Shown here: positions 13,850 through 26,600 of the stretch, piece by piece
Numbering within the stretch: position 1 is the stretch's first letter
How the letters are laid out: each line of letters begins with the position of its first letter
Assembly (NCBI RefSeq): GCF_902652985.1
Contig: NC_047025.1
Coordinates: forward strand, 34,472,001 to 34,536,000
DNA length: 64,000 nt
Direction: 5' to 3'
Source: Pecten maximus
Taxonomy: Eukaryota
Made by a program: the position numbers and the translations under genes
The notes under the pieces: generated by a model
What the model saw: only the letters and a program-made list of their open reading frames with translations
What the model was told of the DNA's origin: nothing
Databases searched by the model: none

Positions 13850-14043
13850 AACCACTATCACCATTCGTGTACGTGACTGTGGTTAGATAGACAGTATAAC
13901 CACTATCACCATTCGTGTACGTGATTGTGGTTATATAGACAGTATAACCACTATCACCATTCGTGTACGTGATTGTGGTTATATAGACAGTATAACCACT
14001 ATCACCATTCGTGTACATGATTGTGGTTAGATAGACAGTATAA
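13850..14043. repeat. 48-bp tandem repeat x4, probably in the ELMO 3' UTR
   Basis: Unit accactatcaccattcgtgtacgtgattgtggttatatagacagtata. Confidence 0.9.
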
Positions 14044-14113
14044 TTAGTACTTTCATTATACCACATTTGAATCGAGAAACAATTTCCCTGTAAAGCTTAA
14101 AACACTGAAAATT

Positions 14114-14551
14114 AACAGAAACATATCTTCACTGTGATGACTACATCAACAGAAACATATCTTCACTGAGATGACGACATCAACAGAAACATATCTTCAC
14201 TGTGATGACTACATCAACAGAAACATATCTTCACTGTGATGACGACATCAACAGAAACATATCTTCACTGTGATGACTACATCAACAGAAACATATCTTC
14301 ACTGTGATGACGACATCAACAGAAACATATCTTCATTGTGATGATGACATCAACAGAAACATATCTTCACTGAGATGACGACATCAACAGAAACATATCT
14401 TCACTGAGATGACGACATCAACAGAAACATATCTTCACTGTGATGACTACATCAACAGAAACATATCTTCACTGAGATGACTACATCAACAGAAACATAT
14501 CTTCACTGAGATGACGACATCAACAGAAACATATCTTCACTGAGATGACGA
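14114..14551. repeat. 34-bp tandem repeat x~13, ~110 bp downstream of the ELMO stop codon
   Basis: Unit aacagaaacatatcttcactgtgatgactacatc. Confidence 0.95.
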
Positions 14552-14659
14552 CTGCTGGTTTTAAAAGACACTGTTTTATTGACTGTTATGTACAGTATAA
14601 ATTGTTCGGCACTAATCCACCTTGACAGGATCATTGTTATGACTACAGTTACTGTGTAA

Positions 14660-17600
14660 TCATAAATTTGGGTGGGCGAAGTCGTAATTATCAGGTTCTG
14701 GTGGTATAGGTGGCGGTTCTGTGGGTATTGTTATTCCTTCTGCATCCAGCATCCGAATCTTTATCTCCATGTTTAGAAGTAGCTCTAAATCTTTTGTTCT
14801 TTGTTGGCTACTCATCTGAAATAATATATGAAAATACACCAATAGTTTTTGTTGTAACATATAGCATTAGGTCGATTAATTACTTTTGTGTTGTTTTTTT
14901 AGTCACCAATAAAATTAGTTTTTCTATCAGATACAATTCCATCCTATAGAATACAATTAATAGTCATTCTATATCAAACAATCATGCTTGGTATTGTTTA
15001 AGCAATACATGTCCCTTCTGGCCCCCTCTAAATATAGTAACAGTGACTCAAAAACCCTGAAACTCGAAGCTGTAGCTACTTATACAGAAGTAATACCTTG
15101 AAGCAAGGCTGAGAAAAATGCTGAAAACTGAGTTGATGGACTGAAAGACAGCTGGGCAGACAGACAGACAGACGGACAAACTGACAGAGAGGAAACCTAT
15201 TGTCCCTATGTTTCGCCGGTAGGAGACTAATAAATGTCCGCTACTGATTGACCTTTGTTCTTCATTGGTAAGCTACAGCCCGTGTGGCATCTAGTACTGG
15301 GTCGAGGGCCAGGAATCAACTAATCTTATGTTGGTGTATACAAGATGTATCAGTCATGTCTACTATCTTACTGGTGGGTTAATGAATCATATCACTAGTT
15401 AGTAACATGGAAAACTCATCAACTAGTCTGATAATCTATCATGTTTATCAATTATTGATCAGTTCCCTGTAAATATCAACTGAAGCTGCAGAGGGAATCA
15501 TGATATATCTCAAACACATTTGTATTACGAATGCATGTATGGGTACACAAACACATTACTTTGTACACCTTCTATAATAAATAAATCTTTTAAAAGCAAT
15601 GAAGAAGTATACCTCTGCTGTCTGTAGAATGTTCAGGCCATCCATCCACATGTCAAACTCACACTCATCTTTAGCTACGAAACAGAAGGACTCGGGAGAA
15701 TCAGTGGTCGTCGAGGAAGGCTGAATAGCAAACGCTAAATTGGTGGCTATAGTCTGTAATGGAAAGAATGGCTGAATGTATCTGGTGTGAGTGGCAAATG
15801 ATCACAAAGTCAAAGCTGTTTATGTTGGCTATAAAACTGTGTATCTAGTAAAGTTATGACCATCACAGTCTCATAGTTGTAATCGAAACAATAAAACTTT
15901 AATACTGGTAGGAGATTAATAATGTAGATTTTTAAACCTAGATATTTATCAACCAACACAGAAAATAATTCCATACAAAACACCAAATTTAGTCAAAAAC
16001 AACAATACTGCTTACAAGTTTGAATTTTGAAATTGTGAGAGACGTTTTTTTTTATGATCAGTTAATGAATTTAGACAAACTATGACATCAATACAATCTA
16101 ATACCATTACAGTTACTGTAGGTAACATGGAATTAACTCCAATGATCTATCTTACACCCCTTTTTGTGTAAGATTCTATAATTGATCAAATACCTTGTAA
16201 CAAGTATTCATGAGAAAATACATGCTAAGGTTTTAAATTCATTTCCCTATTTGATAGGAAAATTTAATCTCTGAGAGTACACTTTTCAATACAGAGACAA
16301 TCATGTAACATCATTTATTCATGAGGTATTTATGACATCACAATAGCGTCTTTAGAGTATGATATTTCTGACATGGGCATAACGATGTAGAATATGTCAG
16401 TTATACGCCAAAATAACTTCCTGTACCAATAGTTAATGTACATATTATACATATTGAATATAAACAAGTGTAAATAAATCACTGAACAAGATAATACACA
16501 CCTAAATACTTATAAATACTTCATGTCATTGTGATATTTCAAATTCCAGTTGTAGATTTTGTATCAACATGACATTATAAAATGAATATATTTGTAAATG
16601 ACTTACATCATGCAACAATCCATTCAGATAGAGATTTAAATTACATGGTGTATATTCTTTATGTTGGTTTACTTAGTTTAAATGTATCACACCATCCATA
16701 TAAAATCAAGTGCACCGCAAATAGCTGCACAATATGCCTGTTTGACAGTTTTATCTAATACTAACAGGCCCTTTTGGACTTTTCCAATGCCAACATTATA
16801 CATTTAATTTTTTGGGAAACATGAATGTTTGTTCACCGGAAGCGCATCATGTTCTTGTTAGTATTAGTTTATACATATCCAAATTTCAGAAGAAAAAAAA
16901 ATTAAATTTAGAAAAATTATTAGATATTTTCACAAATTTAATTCATTAAGAATAATTAGTAAAAGAAATTAATACAGTAGCACCATTATAACTTTGAAGA
17001 AACTTGCAAAATTTAACCAACTGATGACAGATGGTTGCACAATCAGTATTCTATGATTCCTTTTAGTATTTTACTATCTTTTATTTTATGATTATTGTTG
17101 TGTAGGTTTTTTTGTCAGTGTCTTTGACCTTTGGTAATAAGATGGAGTACACAGTGGCCTGTCACTCATTATATATTAAATACCTTGATCCATGGCCACT
17201 GTTTGTCTATATGTTTAGGTTTGTGATATTGTTTGGGTTTGTATCAATTGTATTTTACTTTTGAGTGAATTCACTGCCACTAGATGTTACACCACTCGGG
17301 AGTCTTGCCGGTGTCCCTATCTATATCACCATGATCGCTAATCCTTATCTAAATGTATACATGTTACAGTATCAACATATCTAGGTAAACTGAGCTGGTT
17401 GTTCTCCTGTAGGAGCAGAAAGCTCCTTCTAGCACTCCTATATGTCTCCCTCTATCACTCCTACATGTCTCCTCCTATCACTCCTATATGTCTCCTTCTA
17501 TCACTCCTACATGTACATGTCTCCTATCACTCCTACATGTCTCCTTCTATCACTCCTACATGTCTGTCTGGGGGCCGCGGTGGCCGAGTGGTTAAGGTGT

Positions 17601-20600
17601 CGCGACACTTTAACACTAGCCCTCCACCTCTGGGTTGCGAGTTCGAAACCTACGTGGGGCAGTTGTCAGGTACTGACCGTAGGCCGGTGGTTTTTCTCCG
17701 GGTACTCCGGCTTTCCTCCACCTCCAAAACCTGACACGTCCTTAAATGACCCGGGCTGTTAATAGGACGTTAAACAAAAACAAACCAAACCAAAATCCTA
17801 CATGTCTCCTATCACTCCTACATGGCTCCTTCTATCACTCCTACATGTCTCCTTCTATCACTCCTACATGTCTCCTTCTATCACTCCTACATGTCTCCTT
17901 CTATCACTCCTACATGTCTCCTTCTATCACGCCTACATGTCTCCTCCTATCACTCCTACATGTCTCCTTCTATCACTCCTACATGTCTCCTTCTATCATT
18001 CCTACATGTCTCCTATCACTCCTACATGTCTCCTTTCACTCCTACATGTCTCCTATCACTCCTACATGGCTCCTTCTATCACTCCTACATGTCTCCTATC
18101 ACTCCTACATGTCTCCTATCACTCCTACATGTCTCCTTCTATCACTCCTACATGTCTCCTTCTATCACTCCTACATGTCTCCTATCACTCCTACATGGCT
18201 CCTTCTATCGCTCCTACATGTCTCCTTCTATCACTCCTACATGTCTCCTATCACTCCTACATGTCTCCTATCACTCCTACATGTCTCCTTCTATCACTCC
18301 TACATGTCTCCTTCTATCACTCCTACATGTCTCCCTCTATCGCTCCTACATGTCTCCTTCTATCACTCCTACATGTCTTCTATCACTCCTGCATGTCTCC
18401 CTCTATCGCTCCTACATGTCTCCTATCACTCCTACATGTCTCCTATCACTCCTACATGTCTCCTTCTATCACTCCTACATGTCTCCTTCTATCACTCCTA
18501 CATGTCTCCCTCTATCGCTCCTACATGTCTCCTTCTATCACTCCTACATGTCTTCTATCACTCCTGCATGTCTCCCTCTATCGCTCCTAAATGTCTCCTA
18601 TCACTCCTACATGTCTCCTATCACTCCTACATGTCTCCCTCTATCACTCCTACATGCTACACTTTTATATAGGGAGAGTGAGAGAGGTGCGGAGAGTTCG
18701 ATTTTGAGTGCCTTGGTGTTGCTATACTGGATTGTACTGGATTATTAAGCTGTACATGTATGTCCACATTTATACAGAACACAGAAACCTAACAGCAGAA
18801 TTGCAATTATAATTACTCAAGGGCCCAAGACTTTCTTCATAAATTTTAACCTCTGGTATTGTGACAGAATGCCTGGTGCTACCACAAAGGGCATTTATGG
18901 AGGGACTACGAGCCTTGGATTGGTTGCTAAATTCCTGTAATAGTTTTCACATTACATCCTCTAACAAAATTCAACAGGCATATTAACCGACCTGTCTATT
19001 ACCACATAGACTAGACAATACGTCATACAAGTAATCAAACAACATACAATACAGGTGAGTTATGAACACATTTTATCTTATTTGATGACTTCGTACTTGA
19101 CTAATTGTTAAAGTTAATATCACTCAACATCAACATTTTAACTGTAAGTGGGCATGCCTTGTACTCAGGTGACTACAGTTTGAGAAAAGTTACAGTGAGT
19201 TGTCCCATCTCTGAGGAGACACCACATCGACTTACCTGTACTTTTGATTGCTGAAAGCATACACATACTCAAGCTTTAATTTTGTGATCATATCTTAATT
19301 TTGGTATACCCAGTAAGTTCTTCTTTTAATAGTAAAAGTAAAAATAAAAACAGTTCTGCAAAAAAATGATATTATGATCATAATACACTCGTTTTCAACC
19401 AGGTGTGATTTTTTTTTCATAAGTTTGCTTTCCTGAATCTACACTGAAGTTTATGTACTATCATGAAACATTACTATGTTGCAGGTTTTTGTGGTCATCG
19501 AGGGCTATGAGAAACTCAGATATTGACATTGTCTATGACTGTAACACCTGTCTCACTCCGAAACTATCACAGACAACATAAAAAGTTAATTCAATACACA
19601 AATACCAGTACTTAAAACATTCACACATGGTAAAAACAAATTCTGTTTAGGAATTATAATACAGAACAACTTTTTATCAGTCCTCTTGACTATTCCCTGT
19701 GGTTTTACTTCACTACCATGTTGATCATGATATATTAAAACATTTTTTGTGCTGGTTTTCTTTTTTCCAAAATTATTTTCTCTGTATGACCTAATTAAAA
19801 TAAAATTTGCACTAGCCAACTTTTATGGGCTGTTAGTGGAATGCAGTATTGGTTATAACCCAGCATCTTCTGGTCATGTGTATCTCACAGTATGATACCA
19901 ACTTAATATGTATACTAACCGGTCGTCCCCTGGTCTTCTCTCGAACATGAGGACAGTCTTTTCCCTTGATGATACTTTTGATTTCGCTCACAGGCACTGA
20001 ATAATTAAATATTTATGATGTAACAGGAAAGTAAGTAGTTTGCCTCCACTGAGGATCAATCCCGTTACTCTCAGCTTACTGGTCCACCACTCTACCAAGT
20101 GAGCTACAGGGATATTTCCCCCAGCGAGGCCATATCAGTATACCTGCCACAATGACACATCCAATGTGAATTCTTATTTTATTTGCTCAGGACACGGGAC
20201 AAATAAGGATTCAGGATGTCATAGCATACCACTACATTATGACATCACCAAGCATTGTGATCCTCCTGGGTGTTAAATCATTGGGGTATAGTTAAGTATG
20301 TCATGGTAAAAAAAATATAATATACTGACAGATACCTGGTGTCTATTGATACATTAAAACTTACAATACTGACAGGTACCTGGTGTCTATTGATACATTA
20401 AAACTTACAATATTGACAGATGCCTGGTGTCTATTGATACATTAAAACTTACAATATTGACAGATGCCTGGTGTCTATTGATACATTAAAACTTACAATA
20501 CTGACAGATGCCTGGTGTCTATTGATACATTAAAACTTACAATACTGACAGATGCCTGGTGTCTATTGATACATTAAAACTTACAATACTGACAGATACC

Positions 20601-23600
20601 TGGTGTCTATTGATACATTAAAACTTACAATATTGACAGATACCTGGTGTCTATTGATACATTAAAACTTACGATATTGACAGATACCTGGTGTCTATTG
20701 ATACATTAAAACTTACGATGTTGACAGATACCTGGTGTCTATTGATACATTAAAACTTACAATGTTGACAGATACCTGGTCTATTGATACATTAAAACTT
20801 ACAATGTTGACAGATACCTGGTGTCTATTGATACATTAAAACTTACAATGTTGACAGATACCTGGTGTCCATTGATACATTAAAACTTACAATATTGACA
20901 GGTACCTGGTGTCTATTGATACATTAAAACTTACAATATTGACAGATACCTGGTGTCTATTGATACATTAAAACTTACAAATGAAATAAATGGATTGAAG
21001 TAGGACCATGGAAATAAATTCTTGTCAAAACAATATTAATTTTTCAATATTTTCAGAAATGTTATTTTCATTGTTTAGAAAAGTAATTTTAATACCATAT
21101 TTGCTGAATGTAAATATCCCTGTCCTTATAAGGAAGCAGACTTACGTTTATTTGGCATGTGGTCAAGGGTAGGAATATCACCCTCAGTACAGTCAGCATA
21201 GTGGAAACACTTATGGTTGGGGGAGAGACGCCAACACCACATCTTGTCTGTAATAACAACACACAGGATTTACTGTACGACACCTATTTCTCAATGACTT
21301 CAAGCCTTTTTTACAATCTGTCAACATCAATAGATGACAAATATACATTAATTTTATATTTGTATTGTTTACAGAAAATGATGTATTCAACCTTTTATTA
21401 AATATTGAACTGTAAGCTACAAGGTAATTACACCTGAAACTTGGAACATGTGGATTTGGTGTATATCTTGCCATACTTCTTGTTAGTCACACATAATAAA
21501 ACATTAAAATAGAGTTAGGTTCCAAAGACAAATCCTCTAGGTCCAGTTAAAGATGGACTTAATGATCCATTTACAAGTACATGTCTGCACAAAATGTGAT
21601 TTTTGAAAGATATGGTTTGGGTGAATTTTCTTTTAACATCCACTTTATTCCAGTTTTATGAATAGCATGATCAGCAATATGTTTAGGTCTATCAAGTCAC
21701 CAATGTGCTGTTTGTACAACATAGCCGAAGTGTAGCTGGTATTCAATGTGTTTAAGTGGCCTTTTAAAATCTGTTTGGACCTACTCTGTACTGACCTTTA
21801 TTTTTACCCTTCATGTTATACTTGTGGAACCTGGTCCCCTCCATCAGGTAGTTTAAACGTTGTTGTTTTATCAGATCCAAAATACATGGCGTTATTTCCT
21901 GGCGAAGCTCACTGTTGAAACACAAACATCAAGTTTAACAAATCACTTTAAAAAGACTTTTGGTAATTATCATTGTCAAATTCATAAGTTGAGAAGAAAT
22001 TGCTCAGACATATTTTTCCACCTTAGTTACAGGTTTTATGGATACAAAAACTACACTTGTAAAACACTGACAGCATCAGATTTTTGAAATGAAATTACAC
22101 CTCTAATCATAGACTTTGGCTTATCCAATGTGCCTAGCCCCAGAAAATAAAGAAACTATCCTGTATCATTTGCCTAGTACACGACTTATAACTAGAAAAT
22201 GTCTATTAAGACATAAATGCCCCCGCTGCCACTTTTCACCCAAAAACCTCAGGCTCAGCAGTTCCCAAGATTACCTAGTCAAATTGTATTGGGACAGGAT
22301 GGGACAGGACAGGACGGGACAGGATGGGGCTGGACAGGACGGACATAGGTAACACAATATGCCCCCCATTTCATGGCGGAGGCATAAAAATCAAGTCAAG
22401 GATTCACACCATGACTAGTCTGACTTCGTACCTACATTATCGGTGGGTGCTCACTCTGGACAAGTTCGATCATCAACTATTTACTTTAGTCGGGCTGTTA
22501 CCATCTAGTACAATTACATACCAATAAACAACAAATTACACGGCCATGCTTCTTAATGTTCACGCATGTGTAGATGTCTAGTACATGTAACTAAATTGAG
22601 TGCCCTTCTTCTAAGCTTCTAGTTCAGTTAAGATTAGTATTATTTAACGTCCTATCAGCTAAGGCCATCTAAGGACAACCTCCCCTGTGTACGAAATGCT
22701 TGTGTGGTGAATGTGTGTGTCTTGGGAGGCTGTGGTAGGTTTGTGTTTTGTCTCCTTGTGAGGGAAAGGAACTGATGCTAACTTTATAGTGCTATCTCAC
22801 TGAAGCATACTGGTTAGGAGACCCAGCAGTACACCCCACCTGTTCACTTTATACTGACAACAGGCAAACCAGTCGTCCCACTCCTGAAAATACCTAACGC
22901 TAAGCAGGAGTAGCAACTACCATTTTAATAGACTCTGGTATGTCTTGGCCAGGGAACACACCCCAAAGCCTTCCTCACATCGGCGAGCACTCAGCTCTAG
23001 GCTAAAAGTGAGGCAGAGTCAAGGGACAACATTGGGAAGAAAAAAAGGAGGAAAAAAGAAGAGAAAAGATAAGATTCCAAATTTTGTTGATTGTTATGAT
23101 CATGCAATGGGGGCAGCAGGTACAATTCTAGCAGAGCCTTTTTTATCAAGACCAGTAACTATTGATGAGAATTTCTGATTACGTCTACGTCTAATCTGGC
23201 CCGCTACCTACATTATCGGCCTGGCTTGGGACTCCCATTCCTCCTTTGACAAGCGTTCTCTCTCCCACAGATTAATTATCTCATCATATGTGAGTTGGTT
23301 CAGACGAGACTTAAAAGTTTCCAGCGAGGTGGGCTGCATGTCCAGGGCACGCCCAATCTGTTCCTTCACCACTCCCAACACCTAGATAATATAAAATAAT
23401 GTTTCATACTAACAGATTCAGTAAAGTATGTAAGCTACATTCAATCAGTATATACAGCTTTCCTAGTTTCAGATGTCATCAAAAAGCCTCAGCTTTAAAG
23501 TTTCAGATAAATCAATAGTCAACAGTTGGATTTAAACATGAAAGCATGTAGTGGTCTCTGTTTTAATGGAATATGAAACATTCATAAAATGGTATCTCTT

Positions 23601-26600
23601 GAAAAAGATTTTTCAACCGAACATCAGACTACATTAGAGTACAGCTTTTAGGAATATAGCCAGGAGGCCTGCTAGGCTGTGACACCAAGAACAAGAGATC
23701 CCAGAGGGATCTTGGCGCCCACCATTGAATGATCTTCATAGGTTCCATGTCAGATTGATCTTTTCTCTACTTTTCCCTTCATTTTACTAATCTGTGCAAA
23801 TTGAGACATCCCTCCAGTACTTTTCAAACAAGGGAATCCTAGCTATATAAGAAATTTGATATTTAACGATAATGGCTGTTTGTTTGCCAGGTTGTTTTCA
23901 GGACAGACTGGTCCAAAAATGCAATACAAGGGACCAAGGGGAACCTACTTATGAAATTTGAAATTTGAGAAAGATTCATTCGGTACTTTGAGAAATAGAG
24001 ATAACTCTGTCAGCCATATTGTTTTCCAATTGATCTCAAAATGCAATTAGCATAACGAGGCACCAAGGGGAACTTCCATATGAAATTTGAGAAAGACCTC
24101 CATATGAAATTTCAAAAAGATCCATTCAGTACTTTCTTAGAAATAGCGATAACAAACGTCAATAGTCAAAATCCAAGATGGCTGCCTGTCGGCCATGTTG
24201 TTTTCTGATTGGTCTCAAAACGCAATATGCATAACTATGCACCAAGGGAAACTTACATATGAAATTTCAGAAAGATCCCTTAAATACTTTCTCAGAAATA
24301 GTGATAACAAACTTCAATTGCCAATAAACCAAGATGGCTGCCTGTCGGCCATGTTGTTCATCAGATTGGTCTAAAACGCAATATGCATAACTAGGCACCA
24401 AGGGAAACCTACATATGAAATTTCAGAAAGATCCATTTAATAAGTACATTCTCAGAAATAGCGATAACAAACTTCAATTGTCAAAATCCAAGATGGCTGC
24501 CTGTCGGCCATGTTGTTTTCTGATTGGTCTCAAAACGCAATATGCATAACTAGGCACCAAGGGAAACCTACATATGAAATTTCAGAAAGATCCATTCAGC
24601 ACTTTCTCAGAAATAGTGATAACAAACTTCAATTGTCAAAATCCAAGATGGCTGCCTGTCGGCCATGTTGTTTTCGGATTGGTCTCAAAACGCAATATGC
24701 ATAACTAGGCACCAAGTTAAACCTACATATGAAATTTGAGAAAGATCCATTCAGCACTTTCTCAGAAATAGTGATAACAAACTTCAATTGTCAAAATCCA
24801 AGATGGCTGCCTGTCGGCCATATTGTTTTCCGATTGGTCTCAAATCGCAATATGCATAACAAGGCACCAAGGGGAACCTACATATGAAATTTGAGAAAGA
24901 TCCCTTCAGTACTTTCTCAAAAATAGCGATAACAAACTTCAATTGTCAAAATCCAAGATGGCTGCCTGTCGGCCATATTGTTATCCGATTGGTCTCAAAA
25001 CGCAATATGCATAACTAGGCACCAAGGGGAACCTTCATATAAAATTTGAGAAAGATCCCTTCAATACTTTCTCAGAAATAGCGATAACAAACTTCAATTG
25101 TCAAAATCCAAGATGGCTGCCTGTCGGCCATGTTGTTATCCAATTGGTCTCAAAACGCAATATGCATAACTAGGCACCAAGGAGAACCTTCATATAAAAT
25201 TTGAGAAAGATCCCTTCAGTACTTTCTCAGAAATAGCGATAACAAACTTCAATTGTCAAAATCCAAGATGGCTGCCTGTCGGCCATGTTGTTTTCCGATT
25301 GGTCTCAAAACGCAATATGCATAACTAGGCACCAAGGGGAACCTACATATGAAATTTGAGAAAGATCCCTTCAATACTTTCTGAGAAATAGCGATAACAA
25401 GAATTGTTTACGGACGGAGGGACGGACGGACGACGGACCACGGACGCAGGGCGATTTGAATAGCCCACCATCTGATGATGGTGGGCTAAAAACGAATGAC
25501 GTGATAAAAACATATATATATATAGGGGAGATAACTTTCTTTCATGTGATATAAAAAATAGAATAATTTGCTATTTTTTTTCTATGGTAAGGTCATAATT
25601 GGTCATGTTTTTGTTCTTAACCAAATATTTATCATAACTATCACAGCAAAAAAAGTTTGTATGATTTTATTCATGACAAATAATTGCTTTTTTTTTGCAA
25701 AAATTTTCAAATTTACATATTTTGGAGAAATAGAAATGCTCCCCCCACCCCCATAAATTCTTACCTTGTACTTAAAAGTTTCGCAACTGAAACAGGATTC
25801 TAAACGTTTATGAGAAGAGTGGCATTTTTTCATCCAAAGATTGAAAAATTGCAAAAAATACAATGGTGGTACAAAGATAACTCGAGGCGATTTTGATGAT
25901 ATTCGGTTCATTATTTCCTGACCATGTTGTATCCCTTTAATACACCAATTTGATACCTTCTGAAAGTCCTCAGTGGAGGCCCTCATCTCACGCCAGGTCT
26001 TATTGAGAAGCTGGATACAGATACAGAAGAACTCCTGGAATGGCTCCTCATGACCGAAAAACATTGGGTGATACTTCTCTCCCTCCTCACGAGCTGTATA
26101 CACAAATAGCAGTTACTCATACCAATCCTTATCCTTAGCTATACTATTTAATTATTTACATTTAAAATGCAAAGATACTGGGGACTCAGATATACCCCCC
26201 CCCCCCCCCCCCAAATCAATTTAATTAATCTTTTCAGGTTTCATGAGATATCTTGTACACAAGCTTAAGCTTTTTTTATTTTCAAAGTGGTCAAGTGGCT
26301 TTGGACCTTTTACCTTGACTGATGGCCACCAAAATTTTTATCAAATGTAGAATTTCAAGAAATACCTTGCAAGTTGCATACAATATTTTTTTCTTATTTC
26401 AAAAGTGGATAAGTGTGACCTTGACATTTAACCTGGAGCGATGACGATAAAGATCTAAGCAGGTGTGTACTTTGATGGTGTGATGTTATTGTCTGAACAA
26501 GATTAAATATCTCCAGGGTTTCATAGATACCTGTTACTTATGGAGTTCATTACAGACGGCCAGACACACATACATACAGCCTCCCCTGCAAGCATGGCTG

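Noticed and set aside
17570-17650. tRNA gene
   Set aside because: Has A and B boxes but continues into a SINE core and tail, with no proper cloverleaf or terminator.
17399-18748. Several 100-308 aa ORFs
   Set aside because: Stop-free 20/23-bp minisatellite plus SINE, open in all three + frames, antisense within an ELMO intron.
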